From Labrys miyagiensis (GTDB lineage Bacteria; Pseudomonadota; Alphaproteobacteria; Rhizobiales; Labraceae), in the NCBI RefSeq assembly GCF_030160835.1, contig NZ_BSPC01000032.1, forward strand, positions 31,015 to 55,014: a stretch of 24,000 nucleotides of DNA, given 5' to 3'. Below the pieces are notes generated by a model that did no database searches, was not told the origin of the DNA, and saw only the letters and a program-made list of their open reading frames with translations. The position numbers and the translations under genes are program-made. Within the stretch, counting starts at the first letter, position 1. Each line of letters opens with the position of its first letter. This document shows positions 7,150 to 15,329 of this stretch, piece by piece.

Positions 7150-9819
7150 ATGCACCCACCACCCGACAAGCGACCCGATCCCAATGCCCTGCTCGCCCTT
7201 GCGGGCCGCGAGGGGCGAGGACGCCTGACCGTCTTCCTCGGCGCAGCGCCGGGCGTCGGCAAGACCTACGCCATGCTCTCCCGGGCCCGGCGAGAGAAGG
7301 ATGCCGGGGTCGATATGGTCATCGGCGTCGTCGAAACCCATGGCCGCACCGAGACGGCGGCGCTGATCGAGGGGCTGGAGATCCTGCCGCGGCGGATGAT
7401 CGATTATCGCGGCCGCGAACTCGACGAATTCGACATCGATGCCGCCCTCGCCCGCCGGCCGAAGCTGATCATCGTCGACGAACTCGCCCACACCAATGCG
7501 CCGGACAGCCGCCATCCCAAGCGATACCAGGATGTCGAGGAACTGATCGGCGCCGGCATCGACGTATGGACGGCCCTGAACATCCAGCATCTCGAAAGCC
7601 TGGTCGACGTGGTCTCGCGCATCACCGGCGTCACCGTGCGCGAGAGCGTTCCGGACAGCGTGATCAAGAAGGCCGACGAGGTGATCGTGGTTGACATCAC
7701 GCCGGCTGAACTCATCCAGCGCCTGGAGGCCGGCAAGGTCTATTTGCCCGAAAACGCCAAGCGCGCCGCCGACGGCTTCTTCAAGCCCGGCAACCTGACG
7801 GCCCTGCGCGAGCTGGCGCTGCGGCGCACCACCGACCGCGTCGACGACCAGATGATCGCCTATCTCCGGCAGAACGCCATCGAGGGCCCCTGGGAGACCG
7901 CGGACCGCCTGCTCGTCTGCATCGGTCCCGACACGCTGTCTGAAAAGGTGGTGCGAACGGCAAGCCGCCTCGCCAACGGGCTCAACGCCCATTGGCTGGT
8001 CGTCACCGTCGAGCGCCCCGGCCAGGATGCAGCCGATGCCGCCGCAATGGCCCGGCTCGACGAGACATTCCGCCTTGCCGAACGGCTCGGCGCCGAGACG
8101 CAGCGCGTGAGCGGGCATGACTATGTCGGCGAGATCCTGCGCCTTGCCCGCCGCGAGAATGCCACGCAGATCGTGCTCGGCCGCGGCGAGGCCGGCTGGT
8201 GGCAGCGCCTGACCGGACGCTCTTTGCCCGACGCGCTGCTGCGCCAGTCCAGCGATATCGGCATCTGCGTCATCACCGACGGAGAGAGCGACACGCCGCC
8301 GACGCGGAAAAAAGGGCGCCGATGGGAGATGCCGCCGCTGCTCAGCACGATCGGTGTGGCGGTCGGCTCGGTCGCAGCCGCGACGGCTATCGGCGTCGGC
8401 CTTCGGCATTTCACGCCGCTGCCCAATCTTTCCATGCTCTTCCTGATGGCGGTGCTGGTCTGTGCCCTCACGGTCGGGCGGCTCAGCGCCATCGTGGCGG
8501 CGGTGCTCTCCTTCCTCGCCTATAATTTCTTCTTCATCGAGCCGATCTACACCTTCACGGTCGCCCAGCCCTATGAACTCTTCGCGCTGGTGATCTTCCT
8601 GATCGTCGCCGTCACCACCGGTGATCTCGCCGGCCGCGTGCGCGACCGGGCCGAGGGCGCCGGACGGCGGGCGACCAATCTACAAGCGCTCTACGAATTC
8701 TCGCGCAAGCTCTCGGGCATCACCAGCGTCGATGACGTGGTCTGGGCCGGCGTCGCCCATGCGCAGGCAACACTGCACGGCCAGGTGGCCATCGCCATCC
8801 CGGTCGAGGACGAACTCACCGTCTCCGCCGCCTGGCCGCCCGACACCGTGCTTGATTCCACCGACATGACGGCCCTGCGCTGGGCCTTCGAGAAGCGCGA
8901 GAATGCCGGCAAGGGCACGGAGACCCTGCCCAATCTGCGCTTCCAGTTCCGGCCGATCATGGCGCCGCACGGCCCCGTCGGCGTGTTCGGCTTCGAGCAG
9001 CCCAAGGACGCCCCGCCCCTCAGCCCGACCGAGGAGCGCGTGCTCGGCGCCATCCTCGACCAGACGGCGATCGCCATCGACCGCGCCCAGCTTGCCCGCG
9101 AGAATGCCCGCACCGTGGCGCTGGAGGAGAGCGAGAAGCTGCGCGGGGCCCTGCTCTCCTCGATCTCGCATGACCTGCGCACCCCGCTCTCCTCGATCAC
9201 CGGCGCCGTCACCAGCCTGCGCGAATTCGGCCGCAAGATGAGCCCGGAAAGCCGCGACGACCTGCTCGCCTCGATCGAGGAGGAAGCCGCCCGCCTGTCG
9301 CGCTTCGTCTCCAACCTGCTCGACATGACGCGCATCGAGGCCGGCGCCCTCAATGCCAGGCGTGACTGGGTGGATGTTCCCGACGTCGTCCGCGCGGCGG
9401 TGGAACGAGCGCGAAAAGCCTTCCCGGAGCGGGCGGTCGAGGTCAGCGTCGCGTCCGAGCTGCCGCCGGTGCGCGGCGATTCCACCTTGCTCGGCCAGGT
9501 CCTGTTCAACCTGATCGACAATGCGCATAAATATGGCGGCGAGGATACACCCACCACCATCTACGCCCGGCGCGAGGACGCAGAGGTGGTGGTCACCGTG
9601 ACCGACCAGGGCAGGGGCATCCCGCCGGCGGACCTCGAAAAGATCTTCGACAAATTCTATCGCCGCGGCAAGGTGGATGGCCGCGCGGCGGGTACCGGCC
9701 TCGGCCTGTCGATCAGCCGCGGCTTCGTCGAGGCGATGGGCGGCACCATCACGGCCGAGAGTCCGGCCGTGAGGAAGCGCGGCACCCGCATTGTCATCCG
9801 CCTGCCGGTCGGGGCATGA
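7150..9819 (+). CDS. kdpD: Osmosensitive K+ channel sensor histidine kinase KdpD
   Basis: The 889-aa product has an N-terminal KdpD domain with a GAAPGVGKT P-loop, a Usp-like region, a cluster of TM helices (aa ~395-480) and a GAF-like region. It also has the H-box SHDLRTPL and ATPase boxes NLIDNAHKY, DQGRGI and GTGLGLSI. Confidence 0.95.
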   Translation: MHPPPDKRPDPNALLALAGREGRGRLTVFLGAAPGVGKTYAMLSRARREKDAGVDMVIGVVETHGRTETAALIEGLEILPRRMIDYRGRELDEFDIDAALARRPKLIIVDELAHTNAPDSRHPKRYQDVEELIGAGIDVWTALNIQHLESLVDVVSRITGVTVRESVPDSVIKKADEVIVVDITPAELIQRLEAGKVYLPENAKRAADGFFKPGNLTALRELALRRTTDRVDDQMIAYLRQNAIEGPWETADRLLVCIGPDTLSEKVVRTASRLANGLNAHWLVVTVERPGQDAADAAAMARLDETFRLAERLGAETQRVSGHDYVGEILRLARRENATQIVLGRGEAGWWQRLTGRSLPDALLRQSSDIGICVITDGESDTPPTRKKGRRWEMPPLLSTIGVAVGSVAAATAIGVGLRHFTPLPNLSMLFLMAVLVCALTVGRLSAIVAAVLSFLAYNFFFIEPIYTFTVAQPYELFALVIFLIVAVTTGDLAGRVRDRAEGAGRRATNLQALYEFSRKLSGITSVDDVVWAGVAHAQATLHGQVAIAIPVEDELTVSAAWPPDTVLDSTDMTALRWAFEKRENAGKGTETLPNLRFQFRPIMAPHGPVGVFGFEQPKDAPPLSPTEERVLGAILDQTAIAIDRAQLARENARTVALEESEKLRGALLSSISHDLRTPLSSITGAVTSLREFGRKMSPESRDDLLASIEEEAARLSRFVSNLLDMTRIEAGALNARRDWVDVPDVVRAAVERARKAFPERAVEVSVASELPPVRGDSTLLGQVLFNLIDNAHKYGGEDTPTTIYARREDAEVVVTVTDQGRGIPPADLEKIFDKFYRRGKVDGRAAGTGLGLSISRGFVEAMGGTITAESPAVRKRGTRIVIRLPVGA

Positions 9820-9821
9820 TC

Positions 9822-9890
9822 GGGGGCGGGTCTTCAGACCCGCCGGAACCACGTCGTTTGCAAGAAAGGCGGGTCTGAAGACCCACCCCC
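9822..9890. repeat. Inverted repeat in the kdpD-kdpE spacer. The 20-bp arms have one mismatch, and each arm contains its own GGGTCT-nn-AGACCC palindrome.
   Basis: GGGGGCGGGTCTTCAGACCC (9822-9841) pairs with GGGTCTGAAGACCCACCCCC (9871-9890), whose reverse complement is GGGGGTGGGTCTTCAGACCC. Confidence 0.75.
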
Positions 9891-9915
9891 CGAAAGAGAT
9901 TGAGCCTAATCCTTC

Positions 9916-10596
9916 ATGCGTGTCCTGGTTGTCGACGACGAGCCTCAGATCCAGCGTTTCCTCAAGCCTGCCCTTTCGGCGGCGGGCTATGAGGTGACGG
10001 ACGCCGCCAATGGCGCCGACGCCATGCGGCTGATCGCGACCTCGGCGCCGGATATCGTCATCCTCGATCTCGGCCTGCCGGACATGGACGGCAAGGACAT
10101 CATCACGCGCGTGCGCGAATGGTCGAAGGTGCCGATCATCGTGCTGTCCGCCCGCGATCGCGAGACCGAAAAGATCGCCGCCCTCGACCTCGGTGCCGAC
10201 GATTATGTCGAAAAGCCCTTCGGCATCGGCGAGCTGATCGCTCGCATCCGCACCGCCTTGCGCCACAAGGCGCAGGACAGCGGCGCCGCCACCAAATTCG
10301 AGAGCGACGGCCTCGTCATCGACACGCTGAAACGCCTGGTCAGCCGCGACGGCGAGCCGATCCGCGTGACACCGAAGGAATATGATCTCCTCGCCATGCT
10401 GGTGCGCCATGCCGGGCGGGTGGTCACGCATCGCCAGCTCCTCACCTCGGTGTGGGGCTCGGCGCATGGGGACGACCTGCATTATCTGAGGGTGTTCATC
10501 GGCCAGCTCAGGGCCAAGATCGAGCGGGATCCCGCCAACCCCAGGATCATCCAGACGGAGTCGGGGATCGGCTATCGGCTGAGGGACGAGGAGTGA
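9916..10596 (+). CDS. kdpE: OmpR-family response regulator KdpE
   Basis: The 226-aa product has a receiver domain (VVDDE ... ILDLGLPDMDG ... LSAR ... KPF) and a winged-helix output domain (LT.KEYDLL..L ... GYRL). It is adjacent to kdpD. Confidence 0.95.
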   Translation: MRVLVVDDEPQIQRFLKPALSAAGYEVTDAANGADAMRLIATSAPDIVILDLGLPDMDGKDIITRVREWSKVPIIVLSARDRETEKIAALDLGADDYVEKPFGIGELIARIRTALRHKAQDSGAATKFESDGLVIDTLKRLVSRDGEPIRVTPKEYDLLAMLVRHAGRVVTHRQLLTSVWGSAHGDDLHYLRVFIGQLRAKIERDPANPRIIQTESGIGYRLRDEE

Positions 10597-10681
10597 CTGG
10601 GAGCGCGGACTTCCAGTCCGCTCTTCCTCACTCTCAAACGCCACGTTTCAAGAGCGGACTGGAAGTCCGCGCTCCCAGTCA
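10594..10681. terminator. 88-bp perfect inverted repeat (32-bp arms, 24-nt loop) filling the convergent kdpE / exporter gap. Probable bidirectional terminator or repeat element.
   Basis: TGACTGGGAGCGCGGACTTCCAGTCCGCTCTT (10594-10625) is the exact reverse complement of 10650-10681. The first 3 nt are the kdpE TGA, and the last 3 nt (TCA) are the TGA of the reverse-strand exporter. Each arm contains GCGGACT-tcc-AGTCCGC. There is no U-tract. Confidence 0.65.
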
Positions 10682-11278
10682 TACCGCCAGCTTCAACGCC
10701 AGCCCGCACATCGTCATGCCGATCAGCACATCCAGCGCCCGCCATGCTCCCGGCTTGGCGAACACCGGCCGCAGCAGTCGCGCGCCATAGCCGAGCGAGA
10801 AGAAGAACAGAAAGGAGGCCGTGCCCGCGCCGACGCCGAACGCGAGCTTCTGCCCGCCATATTGCGTGGAGATGGAGCCGAGCAGCACGACAGTGTCGAG
10901 ATAGACATGAGGGTTGAGCCAGGTGAAGGCGAGGCAGGTAGCGAGCGTGCGCGCGAGACTCTGGGCATTCGCGTCCGAGGGCGACAGGCCGCCCTGGCTC
11001 ATCAACGCCGCGCGAAAGCTGCGCAGGCCGTAGGCTGCCAGGAAGAGCGCGCCGCCATATCGCATCACCGGCTCGATCCAGGGCACAGCGATGCCGACCG
11101 CTCCGAAGCCGCCGACACCGATGCTGATCAGCACCGCATCCGACAACGCGCAGGCAAGGCAGACCGCGAACACATGCTCCCGCCTGAGCCCCTGTCGCAG
11201 CACGAAAGCGTTCTGCGCGCCGATGGCGACGATGAGGCTGAGGCCGAGCAGGAAGCCGGAAAAAGCAGCGGTGAACAT
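10679..11278 (-). CDS. LysE/ArgO family basic amino-acid exporter
   Basis: The track ORF extends to 11341. I prefer the ATG at 11278, with AGAGGGA upstream, giving MFTAAFSGFLLGLSLIVAIGAQNAFVLRQG. The 199-aa product closely parallels E. coli ArgO (GPQNAFV..QG.RR, ISD..LI..G, TWLNPHVYLDT.V.LGS). Confidence 0.85.
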   Translation of the reverse strand: MFTAAFSGFLLGLSLIVAIGAQNAFVLRQGLRREHVFAVCLACALSDAVLISIGVGGFGAVGIAVPWIEPVMRYGGALFLAAYGLRSFRAALMSQGGLSPSDANAQSLARTLATCLAFTWLNPHVYLDTVVLLGSISTQYGGQKLAFGVGAGTASFLFFFSLGYGARLLRPVFAKPGAWRALDVLIGMTMCGLALKLAV

Positions 11279-11324
11279 GACGATCCCTCTGGAAGACGGG
11301 ATTTGACTAGCCCAAGCAGCGCGC

Positions 11325-11366
11325 TTAGAGAAATTAAACAACCTAACGCGAGTTTAGAGAATCTAA
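11325..11366. promoter_or_regulatory. Direct repeat TTAGAGAA-nn-TAA (11325-11337 and 11354-11366) in the divergent exporter/argP promoter region. Candidate ArgP operator.
   Basis: Read directly: TTAGAGAAATTAA and TTAGAGAATCTAA, 29 bp apart, in a locally AT-rich 91-bp divergent intergenic region. The function is inferred from LysR-type autoregulatory architecture. Confidence 0.3.
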
Positions 11367-11369
11367 TCG

Positions 11370-12329
11370 ATGCTCGATTATGCCCTGCTTGACGCCATGG
11401 CGGCCGTCATCCGCACCGGCAGCTTCGAAAAGGCGGCCCAGCAGATCGGCGTGACGCCCTCGGCCATCTCGCAACGCGTGAAGCTCCTGGAGGAGCGGCT
11501 CGGCACCAGCCTGATCATCCGCGGCCAGCCCTGCACGGCCACCCCGGCAGGCAGCCGGCTGAGCCGGCATGTCGAGGAGATCGGCCTGATGGAGCATACG
11601 CTCAGGGCCGATCTCGGCGATGTCTTGCCGGTCGGCCGGGTGCCGACCATCCGCATCGCCGTCAACGCCGACAGCATGGCGACCTGGTTCCTGCCTGCCC
11701 TCGCCGGCCTGGAGGGACGGCTGTTCGACCTCGTGCTCGACGATGAAAGCAACACGGCCGAATGGCTGCGGCGAGGCGAGGTGAGCGCCGCAGTCAGCAC
11801 CGCGCCTGGCCCGGTGCAGGGTTGCGGCAGCCGGGCGCTCGGCGCTCAGACCTATGTGGCCACCGCGAGCCCCGCCTTCATGCGGCGCTGGTTCGCGGAC
11901 GGGGTCAGCGAAGCGGCCATCGCCGCGGCGCCCTGCCTCACCTTCAACAGCAAGGACGAGTTGCAGGATATCTGGATCGCGCAGGTTTTCGGCCGGCGCG
12001 TGGCAAGATCCACGCACTGGATCCCCTCCTCCCACGGCTTCGTCGACGCCGCGCTGGCCGGCATCGGCTGGGGCATGGATCCCGTCTCGCTGGTGGGCGA
12101 GCATCTGACGGCCGGCCGGCTGGTTGAACTGATGCCGGGTCACCCGCTGCTCGTGTCGCTCTATTGGCACTGGAGCCGGGCGGTGGAGAGCGGGCTGCGA
12201 GAGGTGACGGAGTCGGTGGTGAGGACAGCGCGGGAGAGGCTGGGAGCACGGACGTCCTTGTCCGCTCTTGGTAACGAGGCGTCTGCAGGAGATAGAGCGA
12301 CCAAAGCCGGTGGTTCCATGCCGGTCTGA
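11370..12329 (+). CDS. argP: LysR-family transcriptional regulator, ArgP/LysG subtype
   Basis: The 319-aa product has the N-terminal wHTH MLDYALLDAMAAVIRTGSFEKAAQQIGVTPSAISQRVKLLEERLG, typical of ArgP. It is divergently paired with a LysE/ArgO exporter, the classic lysG-lysE / argP-argO layout. The C-terminal ~25 aa run into a palindrome and may be non-conserved. Confidence 0.85.
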   Translation: MLDYALLDAMAAVIRTGSFEKAAQQIGVTPSAISQRVKLLEERLGTSLIIRGQPCTATPAGSRLSRHVEEIGLMEHTLRADLGDVLPVGRVPTIRIAVNADSMATWFLPALAGLEGRLFDLVLDDESNTAEWLRRGEVSAAVSTAPGPVQGCGSRALGAQTYVATASPAFMRRWFADGVSEAAIAAAPCLTFNSKDELQDIWIAQVFGRRVARSTHWIPSSHGFVDAALAGIGWGMDPVSLVGEHLTAGRLVELMPGHPLLVSLYWHWSRAVESGLREVTESVVRTARERLGARTSLSALGNEASAGDRATKAGGSMPV

Positions 12330-12338
12330 AGACCGGCA
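12319..12338. repeat. Palindrome TGCCGGTCT-ga-AGACCGGCA at the convergent argP / epimerase junction
   Basis: Read directly. The argP stop codon (12327-12329) sits in the centre. It has the same GGTCT-ga-AGACC core as the copy at 9871-9884. Confidence 0.7.
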
Positions 12339-12369
12339 CACCGAAGGACGCTACATGTGGCGCTCCCAG

Positions 12370-13278
12370 TTACGCCTTCATCCAGCTCATCCTCACTTTT
12401 CCGGCCATCCCTTCCCCCGGCGCGAGGCGCTTCAGCCCGCCGCCATCGGCATGATGATGCGCGTCGGCGCTATGGCTCATCGGCTCGAAGCAGAAGAACT
12501 CATGGGCGTAGCCGGGATCGAATGCCGGATCCGAGATGAAGATGAGATAGCGCCCGAACAAGGGATCGGCTTCGATCTCGAGGCTCAGGCCGCCCTCCGC
12601 CCAGGCGATCTCAGCCTTGCCATCCCAGCCCTCAAACAACGTATTCACCCAGCGGCGCGGCAGGGGCGCAGCCTGCGCAAACACGATATCGCCCGACACC
12701 CTCTTGCGCACGGTCGGCACCCATTCGCTATCCTCCTCCCAATAATCGGAGGCGATCGCCGTGAGCCGGGTTCCGGGGGTCAGCGGGAAATAGGGGTGCC
12801 ACCCCAAGCCGAAGGGTAGCGCTGCCTCGCTCCGATTGTTCACGCTGAGCGCCATCTCGAGGACGTGACCCTCGATACGGATGGTCTGCTCGGCCTCGTA
12901 AACATAAGGCGTACCCGGCGCATGATGGGCTTCGAGCCTCAGCCGCAGGAAATTCGGCGCCCGCTCGGCGACCTCCCAGCGCGTCGTCCAGCCATCGCCA
13001 TGCAGGTAATGCTTGTCCCAGGGCATGTTGGGCATGAGATCGTAGTCGCGGCCTTCGAAACTGAAGCGGTTGCCACGCACCCGATTGCCGAAGGGCGTGA
13101 GCGGGAAACTGGCGGCGTGCAGCGGATTGCGCTCCTCGCCTTGGGGCGGCGCACGCAGCAGCGGCACCTGCCGGCCGTCGATTTTCGCCAGCACGCGCCA
13201 GAGGGCCCCACCCTGCGGTGCGACATCGACGATCAGCGCCTGGTTCTCCAGCCTGATGTCGCTGCTTTGACTAGTCAT
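12370..13278 (-). CDS. Aldose 1-epimerase (galactose mutarotase-like) family protein
   Basis: The track ORF starts at a TTG (13284). The ATG at 13278 gives MTSQSSDIRLEN. The 302-aa product has family-typical segments: FPLTPFGNRV..NRF.F.GR.Y.L..N, HGDGW, GWHPYF and CFEP. Confidence 0.85.
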   Translation of the reverse strand: MTSQSSDIRLENQALIVDVAPQGGALWRVLAKIDGRQVPLLRAPPQGEERNPLHAASFPLTPFGNRVRGNRFSFEGRDYDLMPNMPWDKHYLHGDGWTTRWEVAERAPNFLRLRLEAHHAPGTPYVYEAEQTIRIEGHVLEMALSVNNRSEAALPFGLGWHPYFPLTPGTRLTAIASDYWEEDSEWVPTVRKRVSGDIVFAQAAPLPRRWVNTLFEGWDGKAEIAWAEGGLSLEIEADPLFGRYLIFISDPAFDPGYAHEFFCFEPMSHSADAHHHADGGGLKRLAPGEGMAGKVRMSWMKA

Positions 13279-13455
13279 TTGCAAGATACTCGATCACGAC
13301 CTCGCCCGCCTTGCCAGCCGGCATCAGCGCATAAGCCTCCGCCGCTTCCATCCCGCGCCAGAGACGCCGATGACCTTTTTGTCTATGAATTTCTCAAACC
13401 AGGCAGAGCTTCGCAACGGCCTCCGGCCATCAATCCGATATCAAATATACCATAA

Positions 13456-14151
13456 TTAAAGAGATAAATAGGATAATTGCTTTCGCGCGACCCGTCGGCA
13501 GGCCAGCATCGCATGGTCCCACCAGGGATTGATGCCGAGCGCCTGATCCTTGACGGCAAAGCCTGCCGTGGCGAGTTCCTCCGTCAGCGTCGCCAGCGGC
13601 TTGAGCGTCCGGTAGGACTCGCCATCCCGCATGAGGCAGCCGCGTCCGGCATCGAAGCGGGCTTGCGCCTCGGCGGATTTGGGCGGCGCCACCATGCTGC
13701 TGACGAAGAACAGCCCGTGTGGCCGGAGGATCCGGCGCACCTCGGCGAGGCAGGCGGTGCGGTCGGGGCCAATCAGGCAGTGCAGGCACTGGCCGTCGAT
13801 CACGGCGTCGAACTGCCCGGCCGAGAAACGGGGCATGGCGCTGGCAAGGCCGATCTGGAAGTCCCCCGTCTGTCCGGCTTCGGCGAAGATCTCGCGGGCC
13901 CAGGCGATGGCGGTCGGCGCGATATCGATGCCCCAAACAGAATGGCCGCGCTCGGCCATCGCCAGCGCCGTGCGGGCATTGCCGCAGCCGAGTTCCAGCA
14001 CGCACGCCGGTGGCGGTGGGAAAATGCCCGCACGGTCTAGCTGGTCGAGCCTGTTCAGAAGGCGCAAAGCCCTATCGGGCTGCGGCACCACCGCCCATCC
14101 CGGCCCGCCCGCCGCGCGCAGGCGCTGATACTCAGCCTCATAATCGAACAT
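13456..14151 (-). CDS. Class I SAM-dependent methyltransferase, substrate unknown
   Basis: The 231-aa product has motif I VLELGCGNARTALAMAERGHSVWGIDIAPTAI, a post-I acidic residue, and motif II/III-like FDAVIDGQCLHCL and LRPHGLFFVS. Confidence 0.8.
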   Translation of the reverse strand: MFDYEAEYQRLRAAGGPGWAVVPQPDRALRLLNRLDQLDRAGIFPPPPACVLELGCGNARTALAMAERGHSVWGIDIAPTAIAWAREIFAEAGQTGDFQIGLASAMPRFSAGQFDAVIDGQCLHCLIGPDRTACLAEVRRILRPHGLFFVSSMVAPPKSAEAQARFDAGRGCLMRDGESYRTLKPLATLTEELATAGFAVKDQALGINPWWDHAMLACRRVARKQLSYLSL

Positions 14152-14282
14152 GAGCCATTCCCACTGCCTCGGAGCGGGGATGGAAACACGGAGCGCCCTG
14201 AGTCGTCCCGGCTCTGGACAGCGCCACTTTTGCCGCTACCATTGTCTGACAAATCACTCTCCAAAACGACGAACGTTCAGGG

Positions 14283-15329
14283 ATGGAAACCATGACCTTG
14301 CCCACCTTGCCAGGCAATGCCGCACCGCGCCGGCTCGGCCGCACGTCGGTCTCGCTCACGCCCGTGGGTCTCGGCGGCGGGCCGATGGGCGACATGTTCG
14401 CCCATCTCGACGAAGCCGACGTGCGCGCCACCTTCGACGCGGCCTGGGACGCCCAGATGCGCTATTTCGACACCTCTCCGTGGTATGGCCGCGGCATGAG
14501 CGAGCTGCGCTTCGGCGCCAATCTGCGCCAGCGCCCACGGGACGAGTTCGTGCTCTCGACCAAGGTCGGCCGCGTCTTCGACCGGCCGCAGGATCCGGTA
14601 AACTTCAAGGGTCCGTTTTGGGCCGGCGGCCTGAAGTTCCAGGAGCGCTTCGACTATACCTATGATGGCATCATGCGCTCCTACGACCAGAGCCTGATGC
14701 GAACAGGCATCAATACCTTCGATCTCCTGCTGATCCACGACCTCGACGTACGCCATGTCGGCTCGGCCGATCTCGTCGCCCAGCATTTCATCGATCTCGA
14801 GCGCTCGGGCTGGCGGGCGCTGGAGACTCTGCGCCACTACAAGGAGATCAAGGGCATCGGCGCCGGTGTCAACGATCTCGGTACCATCCCGGAAATGCTG
14901 AAGCGATTCGACATCGACTTCTTCCTGGTGGCGATGCCCTACACGCTGCTCGACCAGGGACCGCTGGATCACGAGTTCCCGCTGTGCCAGGAGCGCGGCG
15001 TCGGCGTGGTGATCGGCGCGCCCTTCGCCTCAGGCATCCTCGCCACCGGCACCAGCGTGCCGACGCCCTATTACCGCTACATGCCGGCCGAACCGCCGGT
15101 GATCGAGAAGATGAAGAAGATCGAGGCGGTCTGCGCCGCCCACAAGGTGCCGCTCAAGGCTGCCGCCTTCCAGTTCGTGCTGCGCCATCCCATCGTCGCC
15201 AGCGTGATTTCGGGAGCCGTGACGCCGGAACAGGCGCGGGAGAATGTCAACCTGCTCGGCGGGGAGATCCCCGAAGCCTTCTGGAGCGACCTCAAGCATC
15301 AGGGGCTGATCGACGCGCGAGCACCTTAG
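14283..15329 (+). CDS. Aldo/keto reductase, D-threo-aldose 1-dehydrogenase-like
   Basis: The product is 348 aa. The ATG at 14292 is an alternative start with better spacing from AGGGATGGA. AKR pattern present: LGLGGGPMG, FDTSPWYG.G.SE..FG, LSTKVGR and the IHD active-site region, with a C-terminal GA..PEQ..EN. Confidence 0.85.
   Translation: METMTLPTLPGNAAPRRLGRTSVSLTPVGLGGGPMGDMFAHLDEADVRATFDAAWDAQMRYFDTSPWYGRGMSELRFGANLRQRPRDEFVLSTKVGRVFDRPQDPVNFKGPFWAGGLKFQERFDYTYDGIMRSYDQSLMRTGINTFDLLLIHDLDVRHVGSADLVAQHFIDLERSGWRALETLRHYKEIKGIGAGVNDLGTIPEMLKRFDIDFFLVAMPYTLLDQGPLDHEFPLCQERGVGVVIGAPFASGILATGTSVPTPYYRYMPAEPPVIEKMKKIEAVCAAHKVPLKAAAFQFVLRHPIVASVISGAVTPEQARENVNLLGGEIPEAFWSDLKHQGLIDARAP

Noticed and set aside
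1730-12338. Whether any of the direct or inverted repeats constitute a CRISPR array.
   Set aside because: No repeat occurs more than twice in tandem. The spacing and repeat lengths (17 nt at a 50-bp period, or isolated palindromes at gene junctions) do not fit repeat-spacer architecture, and no cas genes are present.
11343-12341. 332-aa minus-strand ORF and other overlapping frames across argP.
   Set aside because: The plus-strand product has an unmistakable LysR/ArgP wHTH and substrate-binding domain. The antisense translation is Arg/Gly/Pro-rich with no motifs.
13456-14151. The lone SAM methyltransferase as part of a restriction-modification or defence module.
   Set aside because: It is a small (231 aa) generic class I methyltransferase. 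It lacks DNA-methyltransferase motifs (no DPPY/NPPY or PCQ-type catalytic motif seen), and no adjacent nuclease, ATPase or specificity gene is present.
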